A stretch of 64,000 nt of DNA from the NCBI GenBank assembly GCA_034437215.1, contig DAOTVC010000076.1, positions 27,439 to 91,438 of the forward strand, read 5' to 3'. Below are positions 9,255 through 20,105 of this stretch, piece after piece (the stretch's first letter is position 1; every line of letters starts with the position of its first letter). Below the pieces are notes generated by a model. It was not told where the DNA came from, searched no databases, and saw nothing but the letters and a program-made list of their open reading frames with translations. Origin of the DNA: Anaerolineae bacterium (GTDB lineage Bacteria > Chloroflexota > Anaerolineae > B4-G1 > SLSP01). The position numbers and the translations under genes are program-made.

Positions 9255-9319
9255 TGTTGGATCCTTTGTTGGGGTATGGGACGTGCTTCTCGAACTAACA
9301 ATCCGACTCTTCCGGCACT

Positions 9320-10428
9320 TCACTGCAACGCCTCCTCGAGCTCCTCGAAGAGCTCGCTCACGGCGCGGTGGTAGTGGATGCGGTTGATGGCACGGGCGAG
9401 GACGTCCGCCAACGAGCGTACCTCCAGGAAGGGGAGGTCGAGGAAGCTCTCCGTCTGGGGGATGCTGTTGGTGACGACCAGGGAGTGGAGGTGGTAGCCG
9501 GCGTGCAAGGTCTCCAGCCTCTCCCGTGCCTGGGGCATGCAGAGGTTGTGGGAGACGCCCACGTGCAGCTCCCCGATGCCCTGCTCCTCGACGAGCTTCT
9601 TTACCGCCGCCTCCAGCGTCCCCCCGCTGCTGATCATGTCGTCGAGGATGATGGCGACGCGCTTGCCCCTGAAGTCGCCCATGATCTCCGCGACGACGGC
9701 CTCCTCGGGACGCGGGCGGTACTTGGAGGCGATGGCGGTGTCGAGCCCCATCGCCCGGCCGAAGTAGGTGATGAGCTTCGAGGCCCCGGCGTCGGGCGCC
9801 ACGGCGATCACCTCCTCCCGCCCCCGGAAGCGCCGGAACTCCGCGATGAAGAGGAGCAGGGCGGGCAGCGTGTCGACGGGCTGCTTGCCGTAGAAGCCGG
9901 GGGTCTGCCGGGAGTGGGGGTGCCAGGTGACGAGGCGGTCGATCCCCGCCTCCAGCCCCAGATCCGCCATAAGCTGGGCCGTCGTCGGCTCCCGCTCGAA
10001 GCGGGTGGGCTTGTCCTGCCGGGCGTAGGCCAGGTAGGGCAGGACGGCGGTGACGTGGTTGGCCCCATACTCGCGGAAGGCCCGGGCGGCGATGAGGAAG
10101 GCCATGTAGTTCTGATCGACGGTGCGCCGGGAGAGGGGGTCGTAGAGAGCCTGGAAGAGGAAGACGTCGTAGCCGCTCACGCCGGCCTCCAACCGCACCC
10201 GGGTCTCCGTGTCGGAGAAGTGGTCGTCGAGGTCGGGCAGGTAGAGCACCTCGCTCGTGTCGCCCGCCTTCTCCAGGAGCACCTGGTAGCGGTGGGCGAC
10301 CTCTCCGGCGAGGTAGGTGCCCGAACGGCAGCCCGCGATGAGCAGGCGCCCCCGCGGCGACTCCACGCCCACGGCGATCTGCTCCCGGGCGAACTGGTCC
10401 GGGGTCAAGAAGGTGCTCCGCTTCATCC
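9320..10428 (-). CDS. Ribose-phosphate pyrophosphokinase (PRPP synthetase) family protein; divergent paralog with an N-terminal extension.
   Basis: YARQDK and ILDDMISSGGTL (PRPP-binding loop) motifs. 369 aa. Confidence 0.8.
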
Positions 10429-10443
10429 GCAGCGCCTGCTCCT

Positions 10444-13400
10444 TCACGCCTCCTCCTCGCCCATGACCACCTGCACCTCGTGCTGCCCACCGTCGTCCTG
10501 CAGGGGAATGCGCTTGTCGTCCCGGCGCTCGCCGTCTACCCTGACCTCGCGCACCCCCTGCTCGACGCCGGCTTCGTTGTCCACCTCGATGTGGTAGCGG
10601 CTCGTCCCGTAGCGGTAGGTGAGGCTGAAGCCGGGCCACGACCCCGGAATGCGTGGATCCATCCGCAGGCTCTGCCCCTCGCGGTGCAGGCCCAGGATGG
10701 CCTCGATGCCCAGGCGGTACATCCAGCCCGAGGAGCCCGTGTACCAGGTCCAGCCGCCGTGGCCCACGTAGGGCGGGACGCTGTAGACGTCGGCAGCGAC
10801 GACGTAGGGCTCGACCTTGTACGCCTCCGCCCTCTCCTGCGTCAGGCTGTGGTTGATGGGATTGAGCAGGTGGAAGAGCTGCGCGGCCCGCTCTCCCCGG
10901 CCCCGTTTGGCGAAGGCCCAGACCACCCAGAGGGCGGCGTGGGTGTATTGACCGCCGTTCTCCCGGATGCCCGGAGGATAGCCCTTGATGTAGCCCGGGT
11001 CCTTGGGCGTCTCGTCGAAGGGCGGGGTGAAGAGCTCGATGATCTCGGCGTCCTCGCGGATGAGCCGCTCGTCCACCGAGCGCAGCGCCTCCGCGACGCG
11101 CTCCTCGCTGCCGGCGCCCGAGAGCACCGCCCACGACTGGCCCAGGGAGTCGATCTGACACTCCTCGCTCTGTGAGGAGCCGAGGGGGGTGCCGTCGTCG
11201 TAGTAGCCGCGCCGGTACCAGGCGCCGTCCCACGCCGTCGCTTCCAGAGTCTCTCGCAGTACCTCCGCTTGCTCCCGGAAGTCCCGGGCCAGATCGGCGT
11301 CTCCCCGCGCCTCACAGAGGGGCGCGAAGCGTTGGAGGATGTCGTAGAGGAACCAGCCCAGCCAGACGCTCTCCCCCTCTCCCTCGATGCCCACCCGATT
11401 CATGCCGTCGTTCCAGTCGCCGGCCTTCATCAGCGGCAGTCCATGGGGCCCCGAGGTCGTACCCTGCGCGATGGCGCGCAGGCAGTGCTCGTAGAGGGAG
11501 TAGCTCTTCTCGGTGATCTCGTAGTGACCGTAGCGCTCCTCCTCCTCGGGCTTGAGGGGCTCTCCTTCCCGGAAGGGTACCTCCTCCTCGAGGACGGCGG
11601 TGTCACCCGTCGTCTCGACGTACTCCGCGGTGACGTACGGGAGCCAGAGGAGGTCGTCGGAGATGCGCGTACGCACCCCCCTGCCCGAGGGCGGGTGCCA
11701 CCAGTGCAGGACGTCGCCCTCCTCGAATTGGTGGGCCGCCGTGCGGAGGATGTGCTCCCGGGCCACCTCGGGCCGGGCGTGCACCACCGACATCACGTCC
11801 TGGAGCTGGTCCCGGAAGCCGAAGGCCCCGCTCGACTGGTAGAGGGCCGAGCGCCCCCAGATGCGGCAGGAGAGGGCCTGGTAGAGGAGCCAGGGCAGGA
11901 GGAGGTCCATGGAGCGCTCCGGCGTGCTCACGGTGATGCTGGAGCGCACCCCCTCCCAGAAGTCCGTCACCGCCTGCCAGGTCTCCCCGGCGGCGCCCTC
12001 CTGGCGGAAGCGATCCACCAGGGCCAGCGTCTCCTCGCGGTCGGCCCCTTGGCCCAGGAAGAAGGTCACCTCCTGGGTCTCGCCGGGCTGCAGGTCGATG
12101 TGGATCTGCAAAGCCGCACAGGGATCGAAACCCGCCCGCACGGTGCCCGAGAGGCCCACCCGGCTCAGAGCCGCCGGATCCTCCAGGCTGCGTTCCCGCC
12201 CCAGGAACTCCGTGCGATTGGTGGTGAGGCCGTGGAGGGGACGGTCGGCGGCGAGGAAGGCCACCCGCCCGGCGAACTCGGCGTTATAGGGGTTGCGCGC
12301 CAGGAGGACGTCATGCTCGCCCGCGTAGTCGGGCACGATGTACTGCTGGGCCAGGTCCCGGAAGGTCGCCAGCACCCACTCGGCGTAGTAGGTGGCGGTG
12401 AGGCGGCGGGGGCGTTCCCAGGCGTTGTGCAGCCTGAGTTGGACGATCTTGACCGGCGCATCCGGAGCGGCGAAGAGGCGCAGCCGCTGCTCGAGCCCGT
12501 GGCTGTGGTGTTCGAAGATGGAGTAGCCGGCCCCGTGGCGGATGAGGTAGGGAGCGTCCTCGCCCCGAGGTAGGGGTGTGGGCGTCCAGACCTCCGCCGT
12601 CTCCTCGTCGCGCAGGTAGAGGGCCTCCGCCGGCGGCGCCGAGACGGGGTCGTTGCGCCACGGGGTGAGGCGATTCTCTCCGCTGTTGAGGGCCCAGCTG
12701 AAGCCGGGACCGGATTCGGCGACGAGGAAGCCGAAGTCCGGGTTGGCGATGACGTTAATCCAGGGCGCCGGCGTCCACCCCTCCGGGCGCTCGCTGCCGC
12801 TCTCCAGGTAGATGGCGTACTCTTTCCCCCCGGCGGTGAAGCCGCCGAAGCCGTTGTCGAACTCCAGGTCGGTGGGACGCTCCACCGGCGGCAGGGGCTC
12901 CTCGGCGTATCCCCCGGGCTGAGGCGGCGAGAAGCTGGGGAGGTAGGTGGGGCGCTGCTGGAGGGGGCGCAGCTGCTCCTCGAGGGCGCCGGCGCCTGCG
13001 TCGAGGACGACCCGCGCGGCCGTCTGCAGGAGAATCTGGGTCTCGCGATCCATCTGCCCCTTGCGCAGGATGAAGATCCCGCCTCTGCGGTTGATCCAGG
13101 CGTCGCTGTCGCTCTGGCGGATGAGGCTGTTGATCTGGTCGCTGAGTTCCTGGGCGTACCCCGTGTCCTTCGTGTTGAGGATGACGAGGTCGATCTTGAG
13201 ATTGCGGTTGCGCCAGTAGGTGTGGGCCTTCAACAGTTGGCGGATGAGCGGGATCTCCTCCTGCTCGCCGATGCGCACCAGCAGGAGGGGGTAGTCGCCC
13301 GAGATGGCGTAGGGCCACAGCCCCGACTGCCCGCGCTCGTTGGCTGCCAGGATCTCCGGCGCTGCGCGCAGGGCTGCGTAGGGGTAGATGAGCGCCGAGA

Positions 13401-16400
13401 GGAGGTGGTTGAAGTGCTTGACGTCCTGCGCGTCGGCGTTGAGGTTGCGCAATTCGACCTCTGCCTGAGCGCTGGCCTGATCGAAGACCCGGGTGACGGT
13501 GGGCCAGCTGGCGAAGCGGCGCGCCATCTCCAGGATCTGCTGCCGGTCGTCGGCGGCGAGGGTGACGAAAGCGACCTCGCCGCTGGTGTGGGGCGCGATC
13601 TCCAGCTCCTGTCCCAGCGCCATGATGGGGTCGAGGGTGGCGCCGGTGGTCCCGGTCAGCCAGCCCTCGCTCTCCAGCGCACGGGGGTTCTTCTGGGCGC
13701 GCCCGCGCCCCAGGAAGCGCTCCCGGTCGCTCTCGTGGGCGCCCGTCAGCTCGATGCCCTCCTCGGCGACGAGCAGGTGGGCGACGTAGAAGGGCGGCTC
13801 CTCGGCGGAGCGGGGACGTCGCCAGAAGAGGAGGGCGTTGAGCTCGGGCAGGTAGTCGCTCTCGATGAACATCTTGTTGAAGGTGGGATGGCGCCGGTCG
13901 GTGTTCTGGTCCGCCAGCACCAGCTCCGCGTAACTCGTCAGCCGCAGGCGTCGGGAGTCGCCACTGTGGTTGGTCAGGCTGACCCTGCGGACTTCGGCGT
14001 TGTCCTCCTTGGCGATGGTGATGAGGGTGCGGAGGACGATGTCGTGATCCTGGCGACGCAGCTCCGCCTGATGGGGATAGAAGCGCACCTCCGGCGAGCC
14101 AGCGGTGCGGATAGGCTGGGCACCTGCGGACCAGAGGTGCCCGCGATCCACGTCCTGGACGTAAACCCAGGTGCCCCAGGAGTCGAGGGTGGTATCGGCC
14201 CGCCAGCGGGTCAGCGCCCGGGGCTCTTCGGTCTGCGCCCGCTCGCTCTGGAAGTTGCTGTACCCGCCTCCCGAGCCGGTGACGAGGGTGCCGTAGCGCC
14301 CGTTGGAGAGGTAGTGAACGAGGGGCAGGGGGGTCTGTTCGGAGATGGACCAGGGTTCCAGCTGCACCTCGGGCTCCACCTGACGCACCACTCCGACGTC
14401 CTCCTCGGGGGTCTCCTCCACAGGCGCCTGCTGCGGGATCTGCTCCTGGAGCAGCAGCTCGACGCTCTGCATCCGGGGGTCAGCGTGGAAGGCGTCGACG
14501 ATGACCTGCTCACAGAGGTAGTTGGTGAGCGCGACCATGATCATCCCCTGGTGGTGGGCCATGTAGGTGCGCACGATGGCGCGCTCCTGCCCCAACGGCA
14601 GACGGGCCTCAGTGTAGTCCACGGCGTCGTAGAAGCCGAAGTGACCCAGAACCTGTCCTGCCCTGAGGCGCTCGATGTTCTCCATGACCTCCTGGGGGTA
14701 GACGGAGAGGGCCAGGAGGGAGGCGTAAGGGGCGATGACGAGATCGTCCCCCAGACCGCGCTTGCGGCCCAACCCCGGGATACCGAAGCCCCGGTACTGG
14801 TAGTTCAGGGCGGCGTCGAAGCGGTAGTAAGCGGATTCGGAGACGCCCCAGGGGACGTCGTTTTCCGCTGCATAGGCCATCTGTCCTTCCACCACCGCCT
14901 CGTCGGTCTGATCCAGAAGGGTATTCTCGTAGTTCCGCAGCCAGAGATCGGGCATGAGGTACTCGAACATGCTGCCGTTCCAGGAGAGGAGGGCCTCTTT
15001 ACCGTCTACCTGCGTGAGGGGGCGGCCCAGGTGGAGCCAGTGGCTCTGCGACACCTCCCCCTTGGCGATGGCGATGAGGCTGGTCGTGCGGGCCTCCGAG
15101 GCCAAAAGGTCGTAGTGGTTCCCGTCGAGATCCTCGACGTCCACCCGGTAGCCGAGGTAGAAGACCTTCCGCTGGTCGTCGTAGAGGAAGCCGAACTCCA
15201 TCGCCTGGGCCAGCTCCTCGGCCCGGTTGCTCAGGTCCTGTAACCCGATGAGGAGGGAACCGGCGGCGATGCGGGCCGACTCGAGGGCACGCCGAAGATC
15301 CTCGCACCACCGCAGACCCGCCTCGTCTCCTTGCTCCTGCAACAGCTCACAAAGAGCCTCCGACTGCGCTTCGGCCCTGCGGCAGCGGTCCGAGATCATC
15401 TCGAGCGTGGGGGCCGGGGCCAGGGCCTCCTTGAGCCCCTGCCAGCGCTCGCCGACGGCGGAGTCCGCAGGGGCCTCCACCAGGCTCTCGGGCGGCTCCT
15501 GCAGCATGACCAGCCAGGGTAGCAGGAGGTCCATCTCCTGCTGCATGTGGCGCAGGTGATCATGGATACGCTCCGCCCAGAGACGGAAGTCCCGGATGAG
15601 CACGGTGTCGAGGGTGCCGGCTCCCTTTTGACTCAACGTTCTGATCCGCTGATCGAGGGTCACGCCGCTCTCTGTAAGCAACCGTCGCAGCAGGAGACCC
15701 CGGCGCTCGGGCTTCTCCTGAGTTTCCCTCAGGGTCTCTTGGATCTCCTGAATCTGTGTGGTGATATCCTCCACCGCCGGCTGCAGCTCCTCCGCCTCTA
15801 CCTCCTCCACGAGCTCCAGAAGGACGCCGAGGGTATCGCTCAACCCCCGCCAGCGCTCGTCGTGCAGCACGGATTGTCCTCCCAGGGCACGGAAGCGCTC
15901 CTTGAGAACGATGAGACAGGCCGCCATGTTGCCGCTGTCCACGGTGGAGACGTAGCGCGGTGTGAGCGTGCTCAGGTCCCGGGTGTCATACCAGTTCAGC
16001 AGATGGCCCCTGTACTTCTCCATCCGGTCGATGGTCTCCAGGGTGGAGCGGATGCGTACCGTCAGCTCCAGGAAGCCGATGTAGCCTATCTCGTAGGCCC
16101 CCAGGGTGGAGAGGAGGAGGAGTCCGATGTTGGTGGGGGAGGTGCGATGGGCGACCAGCCCCCGAGGCTGCTCCTGAAAGTGATCGGGGGGGAGCCAGTG
16201 ATCCTCGGGCCCTACGAAGCGCTCGAAGTAGAGCCACGTGCGGCGGGCCAGGCGGCGCAGCTCGGCGCGCTCCTCCGCGGTCAAGGGCTTGCGCTCCCTC
16301 TCGATGGGCTGGCTGACCAGGTAGGCCACGTAGGGGGAAGCCGTCCATAGCATGACCAGCGGTAGGGCGACGAAGAGGGCCGGCGGGTGGACGACGGCGG

Positions 16401-19035
16401 TCACGATGCCCAGCACGACGGCGAGCAGCGCTCCCCCTCCCATCCACTGCCAGAGCACCGCGATCTTGGACTCCCGCCCGAAGAGGCGCACGGTGTGGGC
16501 TGCCGTCGTCCACTGCAGGAGGCGTTTGTGGCTGATGAAGAGGCGCACCAGGGTCGTGCCGATGGCGTCCGCCATCAGAAGGGTCTCGTAGGGCAGGAAG
16601 GCGAGAAAGAGCAACCAACGCCCCGTCTCCCTGCGTACTGCTTCGAGCGGGGTGTTGGTGCCGCCGTCCTGCAGACGACGCAGGATCTCCGCGACGGCGG
16701 CCACGACCAGGGGGACCGCCGACATCAGCAGGGTAAAGAGGGTCCAGAGGAAGGCGGAGCCGGGCAGCCAGACCCAGCCGGCAAAGAGCAGGGCCAGAAG
16801 CGCCGGCGTGCGCAGACTCCGGCGCAAATTGTCGACGATCTTCCAGCGGTCGATGAGGGAGAAGGGGTTGGGCAGACGCTCCCCTGCGGCTTCCGGCACC
16901 CGTGGGGCGAGCCAGGGCAGCAGCTGCCAGTCGCCCCGTACCCAGCGGTGTTTGCGTTGGGTGTAGGCAATATAGCTGGGGGGATAGCTCTCGTAGAGGA
17001 TGATGTCGGTCACCAGCCCTGCCCGCCCGTGGATTCCCTCGAAGAGGTCGTGGCTCAGCAGCGCGTTCTCCGGCACCCAACCCTCGAGACTGCGATAGAA
17101 GGCCTCCAGGTCGTAGATGCCCTTGCCCACGTAGATCCCCTCGCCGAAGAAGTCCTGGTAGACGTCGGAGACGGCGCGGGTGTAGAGATCGAGGCCCGTA
17201 TCGCCGGTGAAGATGCGGGTGAAGAGGGTCTGGTGAGCGTCGGTGGGCTTGACCTCCGTCCGCGGCTGGAGGATGGTGTAGCCGGCGATGACCTGCCCCG
17301 TCTCCGGATCGAAGAGGGGGCGATTGAGCGGGTGGGCCAGCGTGCCCACGAGGCGCTGAGCAGCCTCACGGGGTAGGATGGTATCGGCGTCGAGGGTGAT
17401 GACGTAGCGGATGTCGGGGAGCGCCGCGAAGTTACCGACCTGCGTGCTGTACGAGGTCTCACCGCGGTCGAGCAGCAGGCGGTTGAACTCCTCAATCTTG
17501 CCCCGCTTGCGCTCCCAGCCCATCCAGACCCCTTCCTGGGGGTTCCACTGCCGCTTGCGGTGCAACAGGTAGAAGAGGCCGCGGTTCTGGGGATCGTACT
17601 GGCGGTTGAGGGCGCGAATGCCCTCGATGGCCTGCTCGAGGAGGGTCTCGTCCTCGGGCATCTCCTCCTCGGGCGCGTCGCTGAAATCGGTGAGCAGGGC
17701 GAAGCGCAGCCGGGGATCGCTGTTGTTCAGGTAGTGGAGCTCGATCTGCTGCAGCAGGAAGTCCACCTCGTCGCTCGTCAGCAGTGCGGGGATCACCACG
17801 AAGGCAGGATGGGCTTCCGGTATCCCTTCGCTGAAGTCCATCTTGGGCAGGTCGCTGGGGGAGGTGAGGTGAGTGATGGTGAAGTTGATCAGGTTGACCG
17901 CGACCATGGAGGCGGGGATGAGGGTGAGGAGCACCGTGGCGACGAGCTCGAAGGGGGTAGCGCCTGCATTCCAGGCGAAGAGGGCCAGCCCCAGGACGAC
18001 GAGAAGGGTCAGCAGGACGATGCTCGTCAGGTAGACGAAGGTGGGATGGTCGAGGGCCCAGGCGCCCCACCGCTTCCCGAGCGGGGGATGGTAGTCGAGT
18101 GCGGCTTCCAGGGCCGGTCGGCCCCCGCCGATGAGGTAGTATCCGACGTGCCGGACGCGTTCGCCCTTGGGATCCGTCTCCTCCGCTTCCTCTGCCAGCC
18201 GCACGACCTCCTGTGCGGCGCTCTCCTCACTATATTCGGAGAAGCGGGCGAGGGTCTCCACCTCCTTGCGGTAGTGGTCACGGGTGTCGAAGTCCATGCG
18301 GGCGTAGATGCCGGTCGGGTCCTGGCGCAGGGTCACCTCGACGCGGCTCACCTTTTCGAAGAAGCTCTTCCAGTCGTAGGCCTCGAGGGCGCGTAGGCTG
18401 CGGATCGCGTTCCCGACCACGACCTCGGGAGGTGCCGTCGGCTCCTCCTCCCCGAAAGCACACCCAAGGCTGGGGATGGGTGCGGCGACCTCGTCGAGCG
18501 CCACGCCTGCTTCGTCGACGACGGTGTACGTTAGCAGTTCAATGATGCTCAGGCGGAGCATGATGGGGATGGCCCAGACCTCCCCCATGGTGAGAGGGCG
18601 CACCTCCTGGTAGGCGTTGGTGAAGCGCTGCACCCGATCGACGTCGACGGCCCCAGTGGCGCAGCTGACGAGGGCCCGGGCGATGGCGTAGACACGGGGA
18701 TAGTCCTGTAGCTCGCCGTCGTCCAGCTTGGGCAGCCGGCGGTAGTAGCCTTCCGGGAGATTCTCCCGGATGCCCCGCATGGTCTGTTGAATGACGTAGA
18801 AGTTGTCGAGCAGCCACTCACCTACACCGGAAAGGGTGCCCTCCTCCTCGGAGAGCTGCACGAAGTAGTTGTAGGCCTCGCGCAGTGCCTCCCGGTAAGC
18901 AGGCAGGGCCTCCAGGGGTGAAGTCCGGGTGCCGGGACGCCGCGTCGCGCTCTGCTTCTCGGCGAGTCGCCGACCGCGGGTTGCGATTCGCTCTTCGGTA
19001 TGGGTGGGGGCTGTGTGATCCGCAGTGTCTGCCAT
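10444..19035 (-). CDS. Cyclic beta-1,2-glucan synthase (NdvB/ChvB/Cgs family): 2863 aa, with an N-terminal GT84-like glycosyltransferase plus TM region and a C-terminal GH94 phosphorylase-like domain.
   Basis: Size and collinear motifs typical of Cgs proteins (LLHRKRQWNPQEGVWMGWERKRGKIEEFNRLL; GH94-like C-terminal half). GGAGAAGGG RBS. Confidence 0.85.
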   Translation of the reverse strand: MADTADHTAPTHTEERIATRGRRLAEKQSATRRPGTRTSPLEALPAYREALREAYNYFVQLSEEEGTLSGVGEWLLDNFYVIQQTMRGIRENLPEGYYRRLPKLDDGELQDYPRVYAIARALVSCATGAVDVDRVQRFTNAYQEVRPLTMGEVWAIPIMLRLSIIELLTYTVVDEAGVALDEVAAPIPSLGCAFGEEEPTAPPEVVVGNAIRSLRALEAYDWKSFFEKVSRVEVTLRQDPTGIYARMDFDTRDHYRKEVETLARFSEYSEESAAQEVVRLAEEAEETDPKGERVRHVGYYLIGGGRPALEAALDYHPPLGKRWGAWALDHPTFVYLTSIVLLTLLVVLGLALFAWNAGATPFELVATVLLTLIPASMVAVNLINFTITHLTSPSDLPKMDFSEGIPEAHPAFVVIPALLTSDEVDFLLQQIELHYLNNSDPRLRFALLTDFSDAPEEEMPEDETLLEQAIEGIRALNRQYDPQNRGLFYLLHRKRQWNPQEGVWMGWERKRGKIEEFNRLLLDRGETSYSTQVGNFAALPDIRYVITLDADTILPREAAQRLVGTLAHPLNRPLFDPETGQVIAGYTILQPRTEVKPTDAHQTLFTRIFTGDTGLDLYTRAVSDVYQDFFGEGIYVGKGIYDLEAFYRSLEGWVPENALLSHDLFEGIHGRAGLVTDIILYESYPPSYIAYTQRKHRWVRGDWQLLPWLAPRVPEAAGERLPNPFSLIDRWKIVDNLRRSLRTPALLALLFAGWVWLPGSAFLWTLFTLLMSAVPLVVAAVAEILRRLQDGGTNTPLEAVRRETGRWLLFLAFLPYETLLMADAIGTTLVRLFISHKRLLQWTTAAHTVRLFGRESKIAVLWQWMGGGALLAVVLGIVTAVVHPPALFVALPLVMLWTASPYVAYLVSQPIERERKPLTAEERAELRRLARRTWLYFERFVGPEDHWLPPDHFQEQPRGLVAHRTSPTNIGLLLLSTLGAYEIGYIGFLELTVRIRSTLETIDRMEKYRGHLLNWYDTRDLSTLTPRYVSTVDSGNMAACLIVLKERFRALGGQSVLHDERWRGLSDTLGVLLELVEEVEAEELQPAVEDITTQIQEIQETLRETQEKPERRGLLLRRLLTESGVTLDQRIRTLSQKGAGTLDTVLIRDFRLWAERIHDHLRHMQQEMDLLLPWLVMLQEPPESLVEAPADSAVGERWQGLKEALAPAPTLEMISDRCRRAEAQSEALCELLQEQGDEAGLRWCEDLRRALESARIAAGSLLIGLQDLSNRAEELAQAMEFGFLYDDQRKVFYLGYRVDVEDLDGNHYDLLASEARTTSLIAIAKGEVSQSHWLHLGRPLTQVDGKEALLSWNGSMFEYLMPDLWLRNYENTLLDQTDEAVVEGQMAYAAENDVPWGVSESAYYRFDAALNYQYRGFGIPGLGRKRGLGDDLVIAPYASLLALSVYPQEVMENIERLRAGQVLGHFGFYDAVDYTEARLPLGQERAIVRTYMAHHQGMIMVALTNYLCEQVIVDAFHADPRMQSVELLLQEQIPQQAPVEETPEEDVGVVRQVEPEVQLEPWSISEQTPLPLVHYLSNGRYGTLVTGSGGGYSNFQSERAQTEEPRALTRWRADTTLDSWGTWVYVQDVDRGHLWSAGAQPIRTAGSPEVRFYPHQAELRRQDHDIVLRTLITIAKEDNAEVRRVSLTNHSGDSRRLRLTSYAELVLADQNTDRRHPTFNKMFIESDYLPELNALLFWRRPRSAEEPPFYVAHLLVAEEGIELTGAHESDRERFLGRGRAQKNPRALESEGWLTGTTGATLDPIMALGQELEIAPHTSGEVAFVTLAADDRQQILEMARRFASWPTVTRVFDQASAQAEVELRNLNADAQDVKHFNHLLSALIYPYAALRAAPEILAANERGQSGLWPYAISGDYPLLLVRIGEQEEIPLIRQLLKAHTYWRNRNLKIDLVILNTKDTGYAQELSDQINSLIRQSDSDAWINRRGGIFILRKGQMDRETQILLQTAARVVLDAGAGALEEQLRPLQQRPTYLPSFSPPQPGGYAEEPLPPVERPTDLEFDNGFGGFTAGGKEYAIYLESGSERPEGWTPAPWINVIANPDFGFLVAESGPGFSWALNSGENRLTPWRNDPVSAPPAEALYLRDEETAEVWTPTPLPRGEDAPYLIRHGAGYSIFEHHSHGLEQRLRLFAAPDAPVKIVQLRLHNAWERPRRLTATYYAEWVLATFRDLAQQYIVPDYAGEHDVLLARNPYNAEFAGRVAFLAADRPLHGLTTNRTEFLGRERSLEDPAALSRVGLSGTVRAGFDPCAALQIHIDLQPGETQEVTFFLGQGADREETLALVDRFRQEGAAGETWQAVTDFWEGVRSSITVSTPERSMDLLLPWLLYQALSCRIWGRSALYQSSGAFGFRDQLQDVMSVVHARPEVAREHILRTAAHQFEEGDVLHWWHPPSGRGVRTRISDDLLWLPYVTAEYVETTGDTAVLEEEVPFREGEPLKPEEEERYGHYEITEKSYSLYEHCLRAIAQGTTSGPHGLPLMKAGDWNDGMNRVGIEGEGESVWLGWFLYDILQRFAPLCEARGDADLARDFREQAEVLRETLEATAWDGAWYRRGYYDDGTPLGSSQSEECQIDSLGQSWAVLSGAGSEERVAEALRSVDERLIREDAEIIELFTPPFDETPKDPGYIKGYPPGIRENGGQYTHAALWVVWAFAKRGRGERAAQLFHLLNPINHSLTQERAEAYKVEPYVVAADVYSVPPYVGHGGWTWYTGSSGWMYRLGIEAILGLHREGQSLRMDPRIPGSWPGFSLTYRYGTSRYHIEVDNEAGVEQGVREVRVDGERRDDKRIPLQDDGGQHEVQVVMGEEEA

Positions 19036-19038
19036 ACT

Positions 19039-19995
19039 CTAGTGACCCTTCTCCTGACTGACCGCCTTCTCGGCGGCACTCTCTGCAATCTCCTCTCGCG
19101 ACAGATCCTGCACAATGAGCAGGGGCTTGGTCCCGTAGGCGATAAAGTTCAGAGCGATACTGCCGTAGGGCCAGCGCGCCTCACCGGAGTAGCCGTGAGC
19201 ACTCAGCAGGACCATGTCGATATCCTCCTTCTCCACCAGGTCGTGCAGGGCAGCGGCAGGATTCTCGCTGACCAGAAGACGGGTTTCCGCCTCCGAGGCG
19301 AGCCGAGTTTGCAGATCCTTGAGGTACTCCTTACCGTGCTCGTGGTTCAGCTCGGTGAGCCGGTCGACGAGTTCCTGCTCCTGCTCCTTGAGCGGTGCGC
19401 GACGCGGTACCTCGGGCCGGGCGACGACGTGGGCCAGGACGATGCGGCAGTCGTGGTAGTTGGCGATGGAGCGCGCAAAGGGCAGCAGATTCTCGGCCCG
19501 GCGTGAGCCGTCCAGCGGGACGAGGACGCGATGGTACTCCAACGCTGTTAGGTCTTGGGGCACGGATTGGTAGGACCGGACGATCAGGGTGGGCATGTAG
19601 ACGCGCAGGATGACCTTCTGCACCACGCTGTTGATGTTCCACTCGCTCAGACCACTCTGCCCGTGACTGCTCATGACCAGCAGGTCGACGTTCTTTTCGC
19701 GCGTATAAGCGACGATGCGTTTCGCTGCGCGCCCCTCCAAGAGGACCTTCTTCACGTTCAGGTCCAGGTCCTTCAGGCGGGCACTGACCTCGTCGAGGTA
19801 GGATTCGGCCTCCGCCTTGCGCATCTGCCACCCCAGCGGATCGACCGCCTGGGAGCGATCCTCCCCCTGAGGCTGCTCCACGACTCGCATGACGATGATC
19901 TGTGAGCCGAAAGGCCGGGCCAGCGCGACGACGTGGGGCAACACACTCTCGGCGAGAGACGAACCGTCAAGTGGAACGAGTATCTGTTCGAACAT
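19039..19995 (-). CDS. Universal stress protein with tandem UspA domains.
   Basis: Two Usp-like halves, each ending in a (L/M)SAHG(Y/Q)SG-type motif. AAAGGAAG RBS. 4 nt upstream of the cgs start. Confidence 0.85.
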   Translation of the reverse strand: MFEQILVPLDGSSLAESVLPHVVALARPFGSQIIVMRVVEQPQGEDRSQAVDPLGWQMRKAEAESYLDEVSARLKDLDLNVKKVLLEGRAAKRIVAYTREKNVDLLVMSSHGQSGLSEWNINSVVQKVILRVYMPTLIVRSYQSVPQDLTALEYHRVLVPLDGSRRAENLLPFARSIANYHDCRIVLAHVVARPEVPRRAPLKEQEQELVDRLTELNHEHGKEYLKDLQTRLASEAETRLLVSENPAAALHDLVEKEDIDMVLLSAHGYSGEARWPYGSIALNFIAYGTKPLLIVQDLSREEIAESAAEKAVSQEKGH

Positions 19996-20105
19996 AGTTT
20001 TTGCTTCCTTTCAACCGCGACCGTCCGACAAAGCGCTCTTAAAAGTATAATTTTCCGAGTGATGGTGGGTGATCTACTTAAAGGGTGCTTGCGTCACTGT
20101 AATTT

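Noticed and set aside
9292-9306. Single GAACTAACA copy upstream of the molybdoenzyme gene as a third iteron site.
   Set aside because: Only 9 of 15 positions match. A 9-mer match is expected by chance about once in this window.
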